Source of the DNA: the human T2T-CHM13v2.0 reference genome, Homo sapiens
Length of the DNA stretch: 64,000 nucleotides
NCBI RefSeq assembly: GCF_009914755.1
Contig: NC_060925.1
Reading direction: 5' to 3' (one strand)
Both the position numbers and the translations under genes were made by a program. Of the stretch, positions 13,488 to 29,811 are shown one piece after another (within the stretch, counting starts at the first letter, position 1; each line of letters begins with the position of its first letter). A model generated the notes under the pieces. The model worked only from the letters and a program-made list of their open reading frames with translations, was not told where the DNA came from and did no database searches.

Positions 13488-13697
13488 TTCCTTCCTTTCT
13501 CCCTCCCTCCCTTCCTTTCTCCTTCCCTCCCTTCCTCACTCCCTCCCTTCCTTTCTCCTTCCCTCCCTTCCTTTCTCCTTCCCTCCCTTCCTTTCTCCTT
13601 CCCTCCCTTCCTTTCTCCTTCCCTCCCTTCCTCACTCCCTCCCTCCCTTCCTTTTTTTCTTCTCCCTTCCCCTCCCCTCCTTTCCCTCCTTTTTTCA
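13488..13697. repeat. Polypyrimidine (TCCC/TTCC)n tract
   Basis: ~210 nt of almost pure C/T, with ~20-nt subunits CCCTCCCTTCCTTTCTCCTT, at the tail of an Alu. Confidence 0.9.
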
Positions 13698-14070
13698 TCT
13701 TGCTCTGTTGCCCAGGCCCCTCTTACCTCAGCCTCCCAAGTAGCTGGGACCACATCCAGCTAATTTTTAAATTTTTAATTTTTTTGTAGAGATGGGCTGT
13801 CATTATGTTGCCCAAGCTGGTCTTGAATTCCTGAGTTCAACTGATCCCCCGACCTTGGCCTCCCAAAGTGCTAGGATTACACCGTGCCCGGCCACTATGC
13901 TTTTTTTTTTTTAATTTTTTGACCTGAGTCTCACTCTGTTGCCCAGGCTGGAGTGCAGTGATGTGATCTCAGCCCACTGCAACATCCGCCTCCCGGGAAG
14001 TTCAAGCGACTCTCCTGCCTCAGCCTCCTGAGTAGCTGGGATTACAGGCGTGAGCCACTGCGCCCAGCCA
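13698..14070 (-). mobile_element. Two partial Alus within an MST-like MaLR LTR (~13195-14180)
   Basis: Alu motifs, flanked by GAGGCCCTCACCAGAAGCAG and GTACAGCCTGCGAAACCATAAGCCAAATAAACC. Confidence 0.7.
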
Positions 14071-14589
14071 CTGTGCTTCTTGTACAGCCTGCGAAACCAT
14101 AAGCCAAATAAACCTTTTTTTTTTTTAATAAATCATCCAGCCTCAGGTATTCCTTTAACAACATGAAACAGACCAAGATAGAAGCCAAGAGAAATCTATA
14201 CAAACAAACTTTATTAAACTAACCCTTATCTTCCTAGTTGTTGCCACAGTTACTACTCTTTGTTCAACCTAGTGTGTAAGTATTTTGACTTAGTCATTTC
14301 TTCACCCCATTAACTATCCTCACTCAAGCCCCGTGGCCGTATCAAATCTCACAACTTAATAGTGTTTGTCCACCTCTGTATATAAGTGACTCTAACTGCC
14401 TCTTTGCATCTTCATTTCCTTATGAGGGCTCCTGTACCACATTAAATTTGTATTAAATAACTGTATGTTTTTCTCCTGCTCATCTCTCTAATGTCAGTCT
14501 AATTCTTGGGCCCACCCTGGACCCTAAGATAATGGAGGTAGAATTCTGCCTCCCCTACAGCGCCCCTTGTTGATGCATGACAGGCCCAC

Positions 14590-15000
14590 TGTCTTTGTCT
14601 GTTTTGCGTTGCTGTAAAGGAATACTAGAAGCTGGGTAATTTATCAAAACTTTTTTTGGCTTATGGTTCTGCAGGCTGTATAAGAAGCAAGGCTTCAGCA
14701 TCTGCTTCTGATGAGGACCTCAGGAAGCCTCCATTCATGGTGGAAGATGAAGGGGAGCCCCTGTGTGCAGAGGTCACAGGGAAAGAGAGAGGAGGAGGTG
14801 CCGGGCTGTTTTTAACAACCAGCTTTGGCAGGAACTAATAGAGCAAGAACTCCACTCCCTACAAGGGAGGGCAGGAGTCTATTCATGAAGGATCTGCCCC
14901 CAGGACCCAAGCACCTCCCACCAGGCTGCACCTCCAACACTGGAGATTAAATTTCAACATGAGAATTAATGAGACAAACACCTTATTCAAACTATAGCAC
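14590..15000 (-). mobile_element. MaLR (MST/THE1-like) LTR
   Basis: TGCGTTGCTGTAAAGGAATAC...GGTTCTGCAGGCTGTATAAGAAGCA...CACCTCCAACACTGGAGATTAAATTTCAACATGAGA. Confidence 0.7.
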
Positions 15001-17356
15001 CCACTACATTGCCATCTTTGCCTTATCAATGATTACCTGAACTCCTTGTCCCCATGCGTCAATCCACACAAGATGCTTGTTTGCCCAGCCTTGGTTCAGC
15101 TTCTCCCCTCCCCCAACGCCCTGATGTTTGGCCTCTCCTGGAGCAGGCCAGGCTCAGGGTAAAGTATCCTCAATCTCTTGTCCCCTCAGCCACCCTTCAT
15201 CCCACTTCCCCAGACGTGGTTCTTTCCAGCCTCATTCATTCCTCCCTATATAAGAAAACTCCTTCTCTGCGTCACCTTTGGGAGCTTGCAGACATTAAGG
15301 TCAATGCTTTCTCCCTATTGCAGTATTCTGGTATCTCCTATTGCAATATCCTTTTGCATAAAGATATCTCCTTACTAAATCTGGATTGGTTTTTTTATTG
15401 GACAGTGGTTGTTACACAGAAGGCCTGCTGCCCTCTGCTCATCGGGTCTGGTTGGCTGGGCAGACAGATGGAAGGACCCTAGGACCATCCACCTGTGAAG
15501 TCCACCCAGGCTCGCCCCTGGTGTAAATGATGTGGGGTCTGACCTGGCCAGACCAGATGCTGCTCAACCCTTTAACTGCCTGGGAGGATTTGGACACGTT
15601 CCATCTTCCTGGAGCTGTCCCTCACTCGAGAGAGGCAGCCTTGGGACTCTCCAGGTGTCCTTAGGGCTAACGGGGCTGATGATGGGCGGATGATGGATTC
15701 CAGGCACCTGCTGCGACCTCCCCAGGAGCACCTGCAAAGCAGCCCTTTCTGCCTCGTGACTCTACCCAGGCCTCCCTGTGGAGTGTGGCACAGGCTTGGC
15801 CAGTTCTCCGAGTGCAGCCAAGAGGCTCATAGGTTTTGGGCACATGTCTGCGACCTCACTTTTCCAGTCATAAGGGCTTTTGCTTTTAGATTCTCAGGGG
15901 CTTTGAGCTCCCAAACCACCCAGACATAGCACAGGATGCCACCTGGTTCTATGTGTCTGAGCAAACAAATGCACTCACATGAAGCACAGAATAAAGGGCT
16001 GCCTAAATGCGGACCCACCCACCCCTGGCAAGGCTTGAAAATAGCCTCTATATTACATGTAAAAGCGCTTTTTAGATGATTAGCTGAACAGTTCATTTTC
16101 TTGATCTCCAATCATTGAGTTCTATGTCGTTAAAACCCCTAGAAGGACCAAGACGTAGAGAAAAATGTCCCCTGAAAACTTCCCAAGAGAGATTTCCTCT
16201 GCAAACTGAAGAGAATGTGAGATACAAACATTCCCCACAAGGAACTGGTCTGTCGAGGCCACACGCATTCTGTAAATCAGTGCTTTTTCTCTGTCTCCTC
16301 GTTTTCTCTCCTTATGGTCTTTGCATGTACAGCTGAGGCAGTAACGGGACTTGTATCCTCGTGTTAAAGTTCTTTGAGATTTGGGGGTCGTACGTGGTTG
16401 GTCATATTGCATCATCTCTGTAGGAGCATTCCCATCAGCAAACAATATGCTATCGCTTCTCCAATTTATAAATTGGCTTTTCTCCTTAGTCTGGGCAGCA
16501 GCAAGCCTGAAACCATCTGGACTTTCACAAACTCACTGTAAGGGCAGAGATGGGGGTCTTACAGGAACAGGCACTCCTTCTAGGTCTGGGGTAAACAGTG
16601 CACAAAGCGATGGTGAGCTCTGTCCTCCTAAGACTCTTCCAAAGCCAGTGTGCACTAGGGTTTCCCACTGTTTGTTAGAAAGAACGCCTTCCCTCTCCAT
16701 CCAATGTGCCCTTCCATCTGGCATCCCACTTCTCTGGCCCACTCTGCAGGAAACTCCTCACAAGTCCTGTCCATACTGACCATCCCCAAGTTCCATCTTC
16801 CCATTCTGTGGGCCTGGTGCATGGTGAGTGCTCCATGTGTGTCCAGGAGGGTGCCAGTGGGAGACGACTTTCAGTACGGTCTGTGGGATGAACCAGTCAG
16901 TCCACAGTCACATCATCAATTGGGACGGAGCCAAGTGCCAGTCATCTACCTTGGAGCTTCCAGAAGCTGCAGGAAACACTGACATATCTCTAAAGCAGGG
17001 GAGTATGTTGGCTGTAGCCAGTTTTTTTTACAATCGGATCTTTGCTGTGTTCATAGCCACTTTCTAAGGGCCCCAGCGTGGGTGTGTCTCCACTGTCCTG
17101 ATTCCCCACCGCCTCAATAGTAAAAAAGAATCCTGCCACGTGTTCAGTGTTTTTCTGAAGGATCCTTTATAATGTCTTCTTCTTTCTTTCTTTACTTTTT
17201 AAATTTGTCTGCAAAACAAGGTATTAATCTATCCATGATAGAACACACTAAAGCAAATTTTTCTCCTTAAACAGGTAAGATGAACTTCCATCCAGATTGG
17301 GTGCTCTAGAATATTTTCTTATTAAGGAGATTTCTTTTCTTGTTCAGTTTGAATAG

Positions 17357-19037
<1,681 letters not shown>

Positions 19038-19209
19038 TCGGGAACATAGGCCGTTAGCGTGAGCATTTACATCATCTGGCTCGAAACTGGGCTCTTTTTC
19101 ATGTTTATTATAGCCGAAGTTTTGTTTACCTAGGGTCCTTGTTCTCATCTCCCCTCCTGACTTTAAACTTCCCTAAGAGCTCCTTCACACACTGTCCGGT
19201 GTATCATAG

Positions 19210-19995
19210 TGAGGACTAAGCACTGACCTTTTATCTTACCCAAATAAGCTCTCACCTTTTATCTTACCCAAATTCCCACCTACGGGGTCTAGGGAGTCAA
19301 CCCCTACAAACCATAAATTCTCATCAGATGGGTTTTATTTGACCCTATATATTGTGACTGACTTTTCAATCTGACTCTGGCATAAAATTTTGAGACAAGG
19401 AAAAAATATTCAACCCCAAAATATATATTCCTTGCCATGCCTTGAAATTGCCCTGAAAAATCTCTTGTGGGAAAAATCCACATTCTATAGAGAATCCCCT
19501 TTCCCCTTTGTTTTCCTTCCTTTCTTTCCAGATCCAGGAGATAATCAACTAAGAGCCAGGCACCCTTTTAAGTCCCATAAGAAACAATTTACAACCTGCT
19601 GTCTCTGAAGTTGGCTATCTGAGCACTTCCTCTGCACAATAAAACTTGGTCTCCACAATCCTTTATTTTTAACCTGAACATTTCCTTTCTATCGATCCCA
19701 GGTCTTTAGACAAGCTCAACCAATTATCTGCCAGAAAATGTTTACATTTACTTATAGCCCGGAAGCACTTGCTTTGAGTTGTCCTGCCTTTCTGAACCAA
19801 ACCAATATATTTCTTAATATTTGATTAATGTCTCATGCCTTCCTAAAATATATAAAACCAAGCTGTACCTCAACCACCTTGGGCACATGTTCTCAGGACC
19901 TCCTGAGGGCTGTGTCATGGGCCATGGTCACTCATATTTGGCTCAGAATAAATCTCTTAAAATATTTTATGGAGTTTGACTCGCTTGATCAACAG
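19210..19995 (+). mobile_element. MER4-group LTR (longer subtype)
   Basis: Shares TATAAAACCAAGCTGT...CACCTTGGGCACATGT..CAGGACCTCCTGAGG with the LTR at 20219. Confidence 0.65.
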
Positions 19996-20218
19996 TAGCT
20001 CTTTCTGTCAGACTGTACTCACACTGGAGCCTTATGGCGTGGTGGCCGGCCTGGGGTGGAGGAAGCATTCCATAGTGTTATGATGAAATCTCAGCCTCTT
20101 ATTTGGCCTGTGCCCCTGGACTGTGACCTTCACAGGTGTTTCCTAGCTGCTTTTGTCTCCTTAAGGCTAGAGGTGGCTGAAGTGGAGGGAATACCTTTCT
20201 CGAAAGGAAAATAAATCT

Positions 20219-20686
20219 GAAAGGAAAATAAATCTTGGTGCCCCAGAATCACTAAGCTAAAGAGAAAAGTCAAGCTGGGAACTGCTTAGGGCAAACCTAC
20301 CTCTCATTCTATTCAAAGTCACCCCTCTGCTCCCTGAGATAAATGCATATCTGATGGCCTCATTTGGAGAGGCTAATCAGAAACTCAAAAGAATGCAACC
20401 ATTTGTCTCTTATCTACCTATGACCTAGAAGCGCCCTCCCTGCTTCAAATTGTCCTGCCTTTGCCTCGAGTTGTCCCACCTTTCCGGACTGAACCAATGT
20501 ACATATTACACATAATGATTGATGTCTCATATTTCCCTAAAATGTATAAAACCAAGCTGTGCTGAGACCACCTTGGGCACATGTCGTCAGGACCTCCTGA
20601 GGCTGTGTCACAGATGCACATCCTCAACCTTGGCAAAATAAACTCTCTAAACTAATTGAGACCTGTCTCAGACATTTGGGGGTCAC
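20219..20686 (+). mobile_element. MER4-group LTR
   Basis: TGAAAGGAAAATAAATCTTGG...GGGGTCACA; inverse homology to 5029-5452. Confidence 0.75.
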
Positions 20687-21354
20687 ACCTCCCCCAGCTG
20701 GATTAAGCCTGTTAGTGTCTCTCCCCTGAAGGGTAGGCCTTTCTTGGGGGCATGTCCTGAGTGTACTTCACCATGGTTGCTTTCCCGCCTCCTGCCACAG
20801 CCTGGAGGGGTCTTTTCTATTGCACCAAGAGAACCTAGTGGGGTTCCTACAGGTAAAAACCAAGAAAAGAGTGGGCCACCCACACCCATACTGTTGGAAT
20901 TCAATTTTCCACAAATTGAAAAAAATTAAAATTCCCAAAATGGAAACACCTTCAGTCCCCAGGAAATTCTTACTCTCAGGCTGTTCCACACTGATGGCTG
21001 GAGATTTCCTGCCAGTCAAAGGCTCCGGAAGCTTCTGCTCCAGGTAATCCTGGGCTTCCTTCTCACTGGGGAAGGATGTATTTCATCATCACACAGGACG
21101 CTGGGGTTTGGTGTGCGTTGTTTTATCATAATAAGAAATGATCAATTTATTTTATCCAAACTTTGCTATTTACTTAAAAAGATAACTATCCAATATTAGC
21201 AAAAATAATTTTAGAACTAAGAATTTTTGCTTTTCAAAATTTATGAACATAATGAGTCACATTTACAGATTTCCCAATGGTTACAAGCCCTCCCATTCCC
21301 GAGAGTAGCCCCGCTTCATTCTGGCGGTGGAGAGGGCTTGGCAGGCTGGTATGT

Positions 21355-21500
21355 GCATTCTGATTGGCTGACATCCTGCAGTGGTTTGGTCCAATTAGAG
21401 AGCTGAACTGGCAGCATCTTATTTAAATGTGCACTTTAATCCAATCAGATGCTGGATTTCTCTAAGCCCTCATTTGAATGTAAGCCATACAAATGGGACC
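21355..21500. promoter_or_regulatory. Orphan H2A/H2B-type promoter relic (no histone ORF)
   Basis: ATTGG, CCAAT, then CCAATCAGA-N22-ATTTGAAT-N8-TACAAAT, the same spacing as the H2BU1 promoter at 44539-44592. Confidence 0.6.
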
Positions 21501-22507
21501 AGCTGTGCAAATGACATTTGCAAGGCAATGCCTTGTCTCCCACTCAAACTCCATTTCTCCACCTAGGAGGAGAACTTGACCGCTAGATGTGGTTTGTGTT
21601 CAGAATAATCAGGGGCGGGTTACAAGCTCCCCCATCACGCACCTAGTGTCCACAAGTGTGCACATCTCCACTAAGTTCCCCAGCTGCAAGGAAGCAGCTT
21701 GTATTTGCAGTAAAAGCTGTAGTTGGCAGTGTCAGCTCTTTTTGCCAGCCTAAAGCTTGTGAGAGACACTCAACTCAATTCCACCTGAGTCTGATGAATT
21801 TAATGGAAGAAAACTGAATTCCCAGGAAGTGTGGTGGTCTAACAAATTCCATCAATAGGAAGCATTTTCTTGAGTTCTGTACTTCAAATATGCTATGGAA
21901 GCAGCCACATTCCTTGTTGATGATAGTCAGGGTTAGTTTCAAAGGGTTCTAGTTGGCACAGGGATTTCTGAATCTAAAAGACAAAAATGTGGAGAGAAAA
22001 TAAGTTAGTATGAAAAGACAAGGGGAATAGCTGACAATACCAGCTCCTAGTGTCACTGTCATTTTGTACATTCGGGCCGACCCCCTCCTGCCCCTCAATG
22101 GTATAATAACATGGTAACTACGATGGGATTCTTGATTGAAAGGAGGTGAGGAGGAATTTCATTCTTTCTGAAAGTCTGAACTATTGACACAGAGTATGCA
22201 ATCTTATGTCCTCTCCTGAGTCTTAGAAATCCCAGAAAGGCTACTCGATAGAAATCAGTGTCCTCACCTGGAACTGTACTAAATGGATACAGCCTGGATG
22301 AGCACAGCAAGGTAAAAGGGTTGAAGCACTCATCTCTTTTTCATGTCAGAGGAGTGCTGAAGCTCTTATATAGTAACTTTCTCCTTCTTTACACAGATTA
22401 TGTGTATTTAGCAGTTAACTGTGCACCGTCAATTCATAATGCCAACGAAAATGTTGTCTAGACAGGGCTTCAGTATGCTCTGTCTATTCTTACGAATTCC
22501 AGAAGCC

Positions 22508-23960
<1,453 letters not shown>

Positions 23961-24769
23961 AAACTGGATCTTGAATCTGCTGACAGTCACATGCCAGAGC
24001 CTGGGGGCAGGTTCTGCCCGAGTCAGGTCTGAGATGACTCCAGCCCTGGACAGCGCTGATGGTAGCCTTCTGACAGGCCCCAACTAGGCAGCACTGCGAT
24101 TCCCGACTGCCACACAGACACTGTGGGACAATATGCATATGTTGTCTGGAGCTGCTAAGTTTTGAGGATAATTTCTTAGGCAAATATCACCTCCCTTCCG
24201 GACCAGGTCAGCCATATGTTGGATCTCTATTTGGTTAAAACCGCGAGTCACTTTGTAAGTATCAAAATCTGCCTTATGTAGCCTTTGGCCCCTAAATCAA
24301 GCTGTTAAGCAATGAGAACCTGAAACTTCAAGGAGTTTTATAGCCAGTGAATAGAAGAAAGTTCCTTTTAGGATAGTTGGGATAATAAAATAATGTCAGC
24401 TTTTTATTGTAGACTTCTAAATATCTCTAGTGTACTAAATCAGGGACTTGGATTCCCACATTAGCCAGGATTTAGGGGTGAACTGCCAACAAACAACCCC
24501 ACAACCGCAAATTGGCCTTTCCTGCCTGTGGGTCTGTGAGTGGCTACAGGGCCCCCAAATGAAAGGGGGGTGCTCAGGTGCAATTAGTGCACCTCTCATT
24601 TGGGGATTCTTAGTTTAAGAGTGAGGGAATGCTATTCATCCCATTGAAAGAGGTGGGGAGTCAGCATTAGCTGGACCATATTAAATCTAAAACAGCCCAA
24701 ATCCTTGTCATAATAATTCATTATTCTTCATTCCACACTCAACGTACATTGCTCTTGAAAGATAGGAGA

Positions 24770-25838
24770 ATATCCTCCCCAAAGGATACCACCCCCTCCC
24801 CAAAGGATGCCACACCCTCCCCAAAGGATGCCACCCCTCCACAAAACAATGCCACACCCTCTCCAAAGGATGCCACCCCTCCCCAAAGGATGCCATACCC
24901 TCCCCCAAACGATGCCACACCCTCTCCAAAGGATGCCATACCCTCTTCAAAGGATGCCACCCCTCTTCAAATGACACCACTCCCTCCCCAGATGATGCCA
25001 CACCCTCTCTGAAGGGTGCCACCACCTCTCCAAAGGATACCACACCCTCTCCAAAGGATGCCACCCCCTCTCCAAAGGATGCCACACCCTCCCCAAAGGA
25101 TGCCACACCCTCCCCAAAGGATGCCACTCCTCTCCAAAGGATGCCACACCCTCCCCAAAGGATGCCACCCCTCCCCAAAGGGTGCCGTGCCCTCCCCAAA
25201 GGTTGCCACCTCTCTCCAAAGGATGCCACACACTTTCCAAAGGATGTCATACCCTCTCCAAAGGATGCCAGCCCTTCCCAAATGATGCCACCCCTCCCCC
25301 AAAGATGCCACACCCTCTTCAAAGGGTGCCACCCCTCCCCAAACAATGCCACCCCCTCCCCAAAGGATGCCAACTCTCCCCAAACAATGCCACCTCTCCT
25401 CAAAAATGCCACACCTTCTCCAAAGGATGCCACCCTTCCTCAAACGATGCTATCCCCTCCCCAAAGGATGCCAGCCCTCCTCAAACGATGCTACCCCCCT
25501 CCAAAGGATGCCACCCCTCCCCAAATGATGCCACCCAAAGGATGCCCCCTCCTCTCCAAAGGGTGCCATTCCCTCCCCAAATGATGCCACCGACTCTCCA
25601 AAGGATGGCACCTCCTCTGTAGAGTGTGCTATCCCCTCCCGAAAGGATGCCACCCCCTCCAAAGGATGCCACCCCTTCCAAAATGATGCCACACCCTCTC
25701 CAAAGGATGCCACCCCCTCCTTAAACAATGCCACCCCTCCCCAAAGGATACCACCCTCTCTCCAAAGGAAGCCACCCATCTCTAAAAGGTGCCACCCCCT
25801 CCTCAAGGGATGCCACCTCTTCCCCAAAGGATGCCACT
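24770..25838. repeat. Minisatellite/VNTR, ~20-21 bp unit, about 50 copies
   Basis: Consensus CCCCAAAGGATGCCACACCCT; it produces the repetitive GVASFGE and KDATPSP ORFs. Confidence 0.95.
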
Positions 25839-26206
25839 TTGGCACAAGGATTATTTGGAGCTGAAGGCCAATAATAATCCATTGTTGAGAAACAACGGAT
25901 GTAAAAAAGCTTTCTGCTTGCCCCTATTTTCCTAAAAGCAGGACAAAATGGACAAAGTTGTCTTTGCCTCTCCACCAGGAAGGAATCAATTTAATCATGT
26001 GAGATGATTTTAGATGCTTATCAGCCAGGAGACAGCACCAGTGAAATCTACATGCCAGGCCTTAACTCGCCGGCCCTCTCCACCACTGCTTCTCATAACT
26101 CCCCTCCTCCACATCTTTCACTGTTCGCCTTAGCTGAAGGCACTACACAGGCCGGAGTTCTCTAGCTGAACTAAGGAAAAGTCCTGCAGCAACAGTATTT
26201 GTTAGA

Positions 26207-27532
26207 ATGTTGGGGTGCTCAGGCCTCCAAAACAGAACCTATCTCTCCGACCTTCTCCCACCCTCCTTTTACCTACTCGTTTTGCTCCCCAGGCAGGCCA
26301 CAGAAATGAAAACTGTAGTCTTTCCCCACCTTTCTGTCTCGGACCTGGCCATAAGGACATTTTCTGACTTCCCTTTTCTGATTGTGGGTCATAAGACTCC
26401 CAGTTCAGAGAGGGTCCTGCCCCATACCCAGGAGGAAGGATGCTGCCCAGAGAGGCCAAGAAGAGTCTGAACACATGGGCTCTGCTGGGGTTCCCCGCTC
26501 AGTCTGTTGGGGTTACATCCACACTTTCTGTCCGGTCACATTTCTACATGGCTGTCTTCTATCATGTCCATCCAATGAAGTCTCCATAAAAGGCCCAAGG
26601 GGACAGGTTTTGGGGGCTTCTGGAGGGCTGAACTCGTGGGGGCTTGCAGGAAGGGTGAGGGAGAATTCATTTGCAGGCTGGGAGGGTGGCGCAGCCCAAC
26701 TCCGCTGGGTCAGAAGGCCCTGCGCTTGGACCTTTGCAGAACTCTCCCTCTGCATTCCTTCATCTGGCTATTTATTTGTAGCCTTAAACTATTCTTTAAA
26801 TAAACAGGTAAATGTAAGTAAGTGTTTCTCTAGTTTTATGAGCTGCTCTAACAAATTAATCAAGCTTAAAGAGGGAGTCGAGGGAACTCCAAGTTACAGC
26901 TGGTCAGAAGTTCTGGAGGCTTGGACTTGCCCATGGTGTCTGAAGTAGAGGCAGCCTCGGGGACTGAGCCCTCAACCTATAGGATCTGATGCAATCTCCA
27001 GGTAGATACTGTCAGAATTTGTTTATTTATTTAGTTTTTTTATTGTTATGATTATTTGAGATGGGGTCTTGCTCTGTTGCCGAGGCTGGAATGCAGTGGT
27101 GAGACCCTAGCTCACTGCAGCCTGGAACTCCTGGGCTCAAGCAATCCTACTTCAGTCTCCTGAGCAGCTGGGACTACAGGCATGCACCATCGTGCTCAGC
27201 TACTTATTTCATTCTTGTAGAGACAGAGTCTTGCTATGTTGCCCAGACTGGTCTCCAGTTCCTGGGCTCAAGCAATTCCCTCCCACCTCTGCCTCCCAAC
27301 GCTGGGATTACCAAGGCATGAGCCACTGTGCCTGGCTGAAGTCGGAATTAAATTGGGTTCAAGGACACCTAACTGGTGCCCACTAAAACATTGGTTGCTT
27401 GCTTGCTTGCTGATAGGGAGAAATCCTCACATGTTTGGTCACAGATGTCTTCTGTGTTCATTGTTGTGTTGTGAGATCAGAGGAAAAACAGTTGTTTTTT
27501 TTCTACATCAGAGGACACAAATATTCAGACCA
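26207..27532 (+). mobile_element. ERV-type LTR (MER21-like) interrupted by an old Alu (~27030-27337, minus)
   Basis: LTR-like motifs (AATAAACAGGTAAATGTAAGTAAGTGTTTC, AACTGGTGCCCAC). Alu flanked by GTCAGAATT/GTCGGAATT. Confidence 0.5.
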
Positions 27533-29211
27533 TAGCAGCTGTGGCAGGAATTTGCTGTTCTATTCCAGCCAACACCTGAAGACTGGTCCAGGCTCTTCCT
27601 TTCCTAGAGCATTTACTGAAACCAGCTCACAACTGGGAATGCTTCCTTTGGCGTGTTGAGATGTCCATGTGTCTCCTACAATCTAGCAGTGGCTCCTCGA
27701 GGAACCCAGAGCCATTCCTTTGAAACCAGGAGGGAGAAGGCCTTAGTCTCTGCCAGAAGGTAGAATCCTGACTTTGGGCCTGGCTGACTAGCAGACACAG
27801 ATGGTCTCATCTGATTGGCACGGAGCCCCCGCTCACCCCATCTCCTTCCCTTTAAGACACCCCGCCACCCCTACACAAATTACAATGGAGGCGACTCTGT
27901 ACTGACTGCAGCTGGCACTGAATGGAAATCTGTTTTCACTGCTTTAATGTCCAGCTTTATCTTTGCGTTAACTGAAAAAATCACAGGATCTATAAATTGG
28001 AAAAGCAGATTTCACTTCTTGTAGAGGGTTACAGCCTGCAAAGTGGCCATCCCTCGGGCAGGGAAGCACAGCCTTGGCCAAACCCAGTGCCTGGGCCAAG
28101 CCCAGGCACTTTGGGGGAGGGAGGAGTTGGGGCAGGAGCTCTGTGCTTGTTTGGCTTTGCCAAACACACATATTCCACAGCCTACGGGAGGACTATGGAG
28201 ATCCATGAGGGTAGCCTTCACACATGTTCACGGAACACACATGCACATGACATGTGATGCATGCTTACCTTGAGGTGGAGGCTTCACATGTAAATGTATT
28301 CCAATTAGGTCTTTCCAGGACTCAAAGGTGCTCAAGTGCACAGCGTCTGTAAACTGGCCAGGACTAGCCCAAGGTCGTGGTCTCTCATCAGCAGAAAGCT
28401 CTTGAAGTCAGTGTCTTGTCCAGTGAATGCTGCCATCATGGCTGGTGGAGCAGGGGGTCGGAGAGTCAGCCTCTGTGAGCTGGGTAAGCTGCAATTGTCT
28501 TAATGTTGCTTAGCTGGAGGCCAGTGCTTGGTTAGCTGCTGGAGTAAAAGAAAACCCTTGCAGCAGTGAAAACATGGTTTATTCTTTAAGTGTAGGGTGC
28601 TGACTTAACCCTTAGGTCTTGTTTATAATTTGTCACCTTATTGCCACAAAGACTCCATCCTGTGTCTGTGTTTTTTTAAAAAATTCTCTTAACCTCACCT
28701 GGACTGTCTCTATGTTAACATGAATGCTGTCAGTTGTGTCTAAACCTCAACAGAAAGGGGTATAATGAGATGTGTCTGACTCCCACCCTATCATGGCCAG
28801 AAACTCAGTTTTTAAGGTTCTATGGGGTCCCTTTTACCAACAGAGTGTCTGTGCAGTTGGTTAGGGGTGCTTAGGATTTTATTTTTAGTTTACAGTCTCT
28901 AAATCAGGAGACACAGACCGGCTGGCCTATTTGTAGATATGCCAATTAGCATCCAGTGAAGGCTGGCCCCGGGTTTATGTGAAATGAGGAGGGTGAAACC
29001 CCAACCTGCAAGACCCTGGGCCCAAATTGCAGTAGCAACAATGCCAAAGTTGCAGCATTTTTCACAAAACAACTCTCACCTATTATTTTCCTTGAATTTC
29101 TTGTCATAGCAAGTGCGGAAGATTCACCAGAACCATCAGGCAGAACCACACATTTGTTTTCAGAAATGTCTTTCCTTTCTTTCCACAATGTTGCTTTGGC
29201 TTAAATGTTTG

Positions 29212-29811
29212 TGTCAGAGACGTGTGAACCAGAGCAACTCCATCTTGAATAGGGGCTGGGTAAAATAAGGCTGAGACCTGCTGGGCTGCATTCCCAGGAG
29301 ATTAAGGAGGTTAAGGCATTCTAAGTCACAGGATGAGACAGGAGGTTAGCACAAGATACAGGTCATAAAGACGCTGCTCATAAAACAGGTTGCAGTAAAC
29401 AAGCTGCCCCAAACCCACCAAAACCAAGATGGCGATGAGAGTGACCTCTGGTCATCCTCACCACTACACTCCCACCAGTGCTATGACAGTTTACAAATGC
29501 CATGGCAACATCCAGAAGTTACCCTATATGGTCTAAAAAGAGGAGAAACCCTCAGCTCTGGGAATTGCCCACACCTTTCCTGGGAGACTCATGAATAATC
29601 CCCACCTTATTTAGCATATAATCAAGAAATAAACATAAAAATGGGCAACCAGCGCACCATGCCACTGCTCTGCCTATGGATTAGTCATTTTTTATTCCTT
29701 TACTTTCTTAATAAACTTGCTTTCACTTTATGGATTTGCCTCAAATTCTTTCTTGCACCAGATCCAAGAACCCTTTTTTGGGGTTTGGACTGGGACCCCT
29801 TTCGGGTAACA
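29212..29811 (+). mobile_element. MER41-family solo LTR inserted in an MLT1-like LTR (~29190-30160)
   Basis: TGTCAGAG...AGCAACTCCATCTTGAATAGGGGCTGGG...GGTAACA with 4-bp TSD TTTG. Confidence 0.88.

Noticed and set aside
13327-13789. Pro/Ser/Phe-rich and Gly/Arg/Glu-rich ORFs
   Set aside because: Translation of a polypyrimidine simple repeat.
21618-21645. ACAAGCTCCCCCATCACG resembling H2B coding sequence next to the orphan promoter
   Set aside because: Too short, closer to the promoter than the matching H2B position would be, and a similar string occurs at ~21280; not usable as evidence.
24708-25845. Long repetitive ORFs (up to 241 aa) and a CRISPR-like periodic look
   Set aside because: Produced by a ~21-nt tandem unit. 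There are no unique spacers and no cas genes, and the context is eukaryotic.
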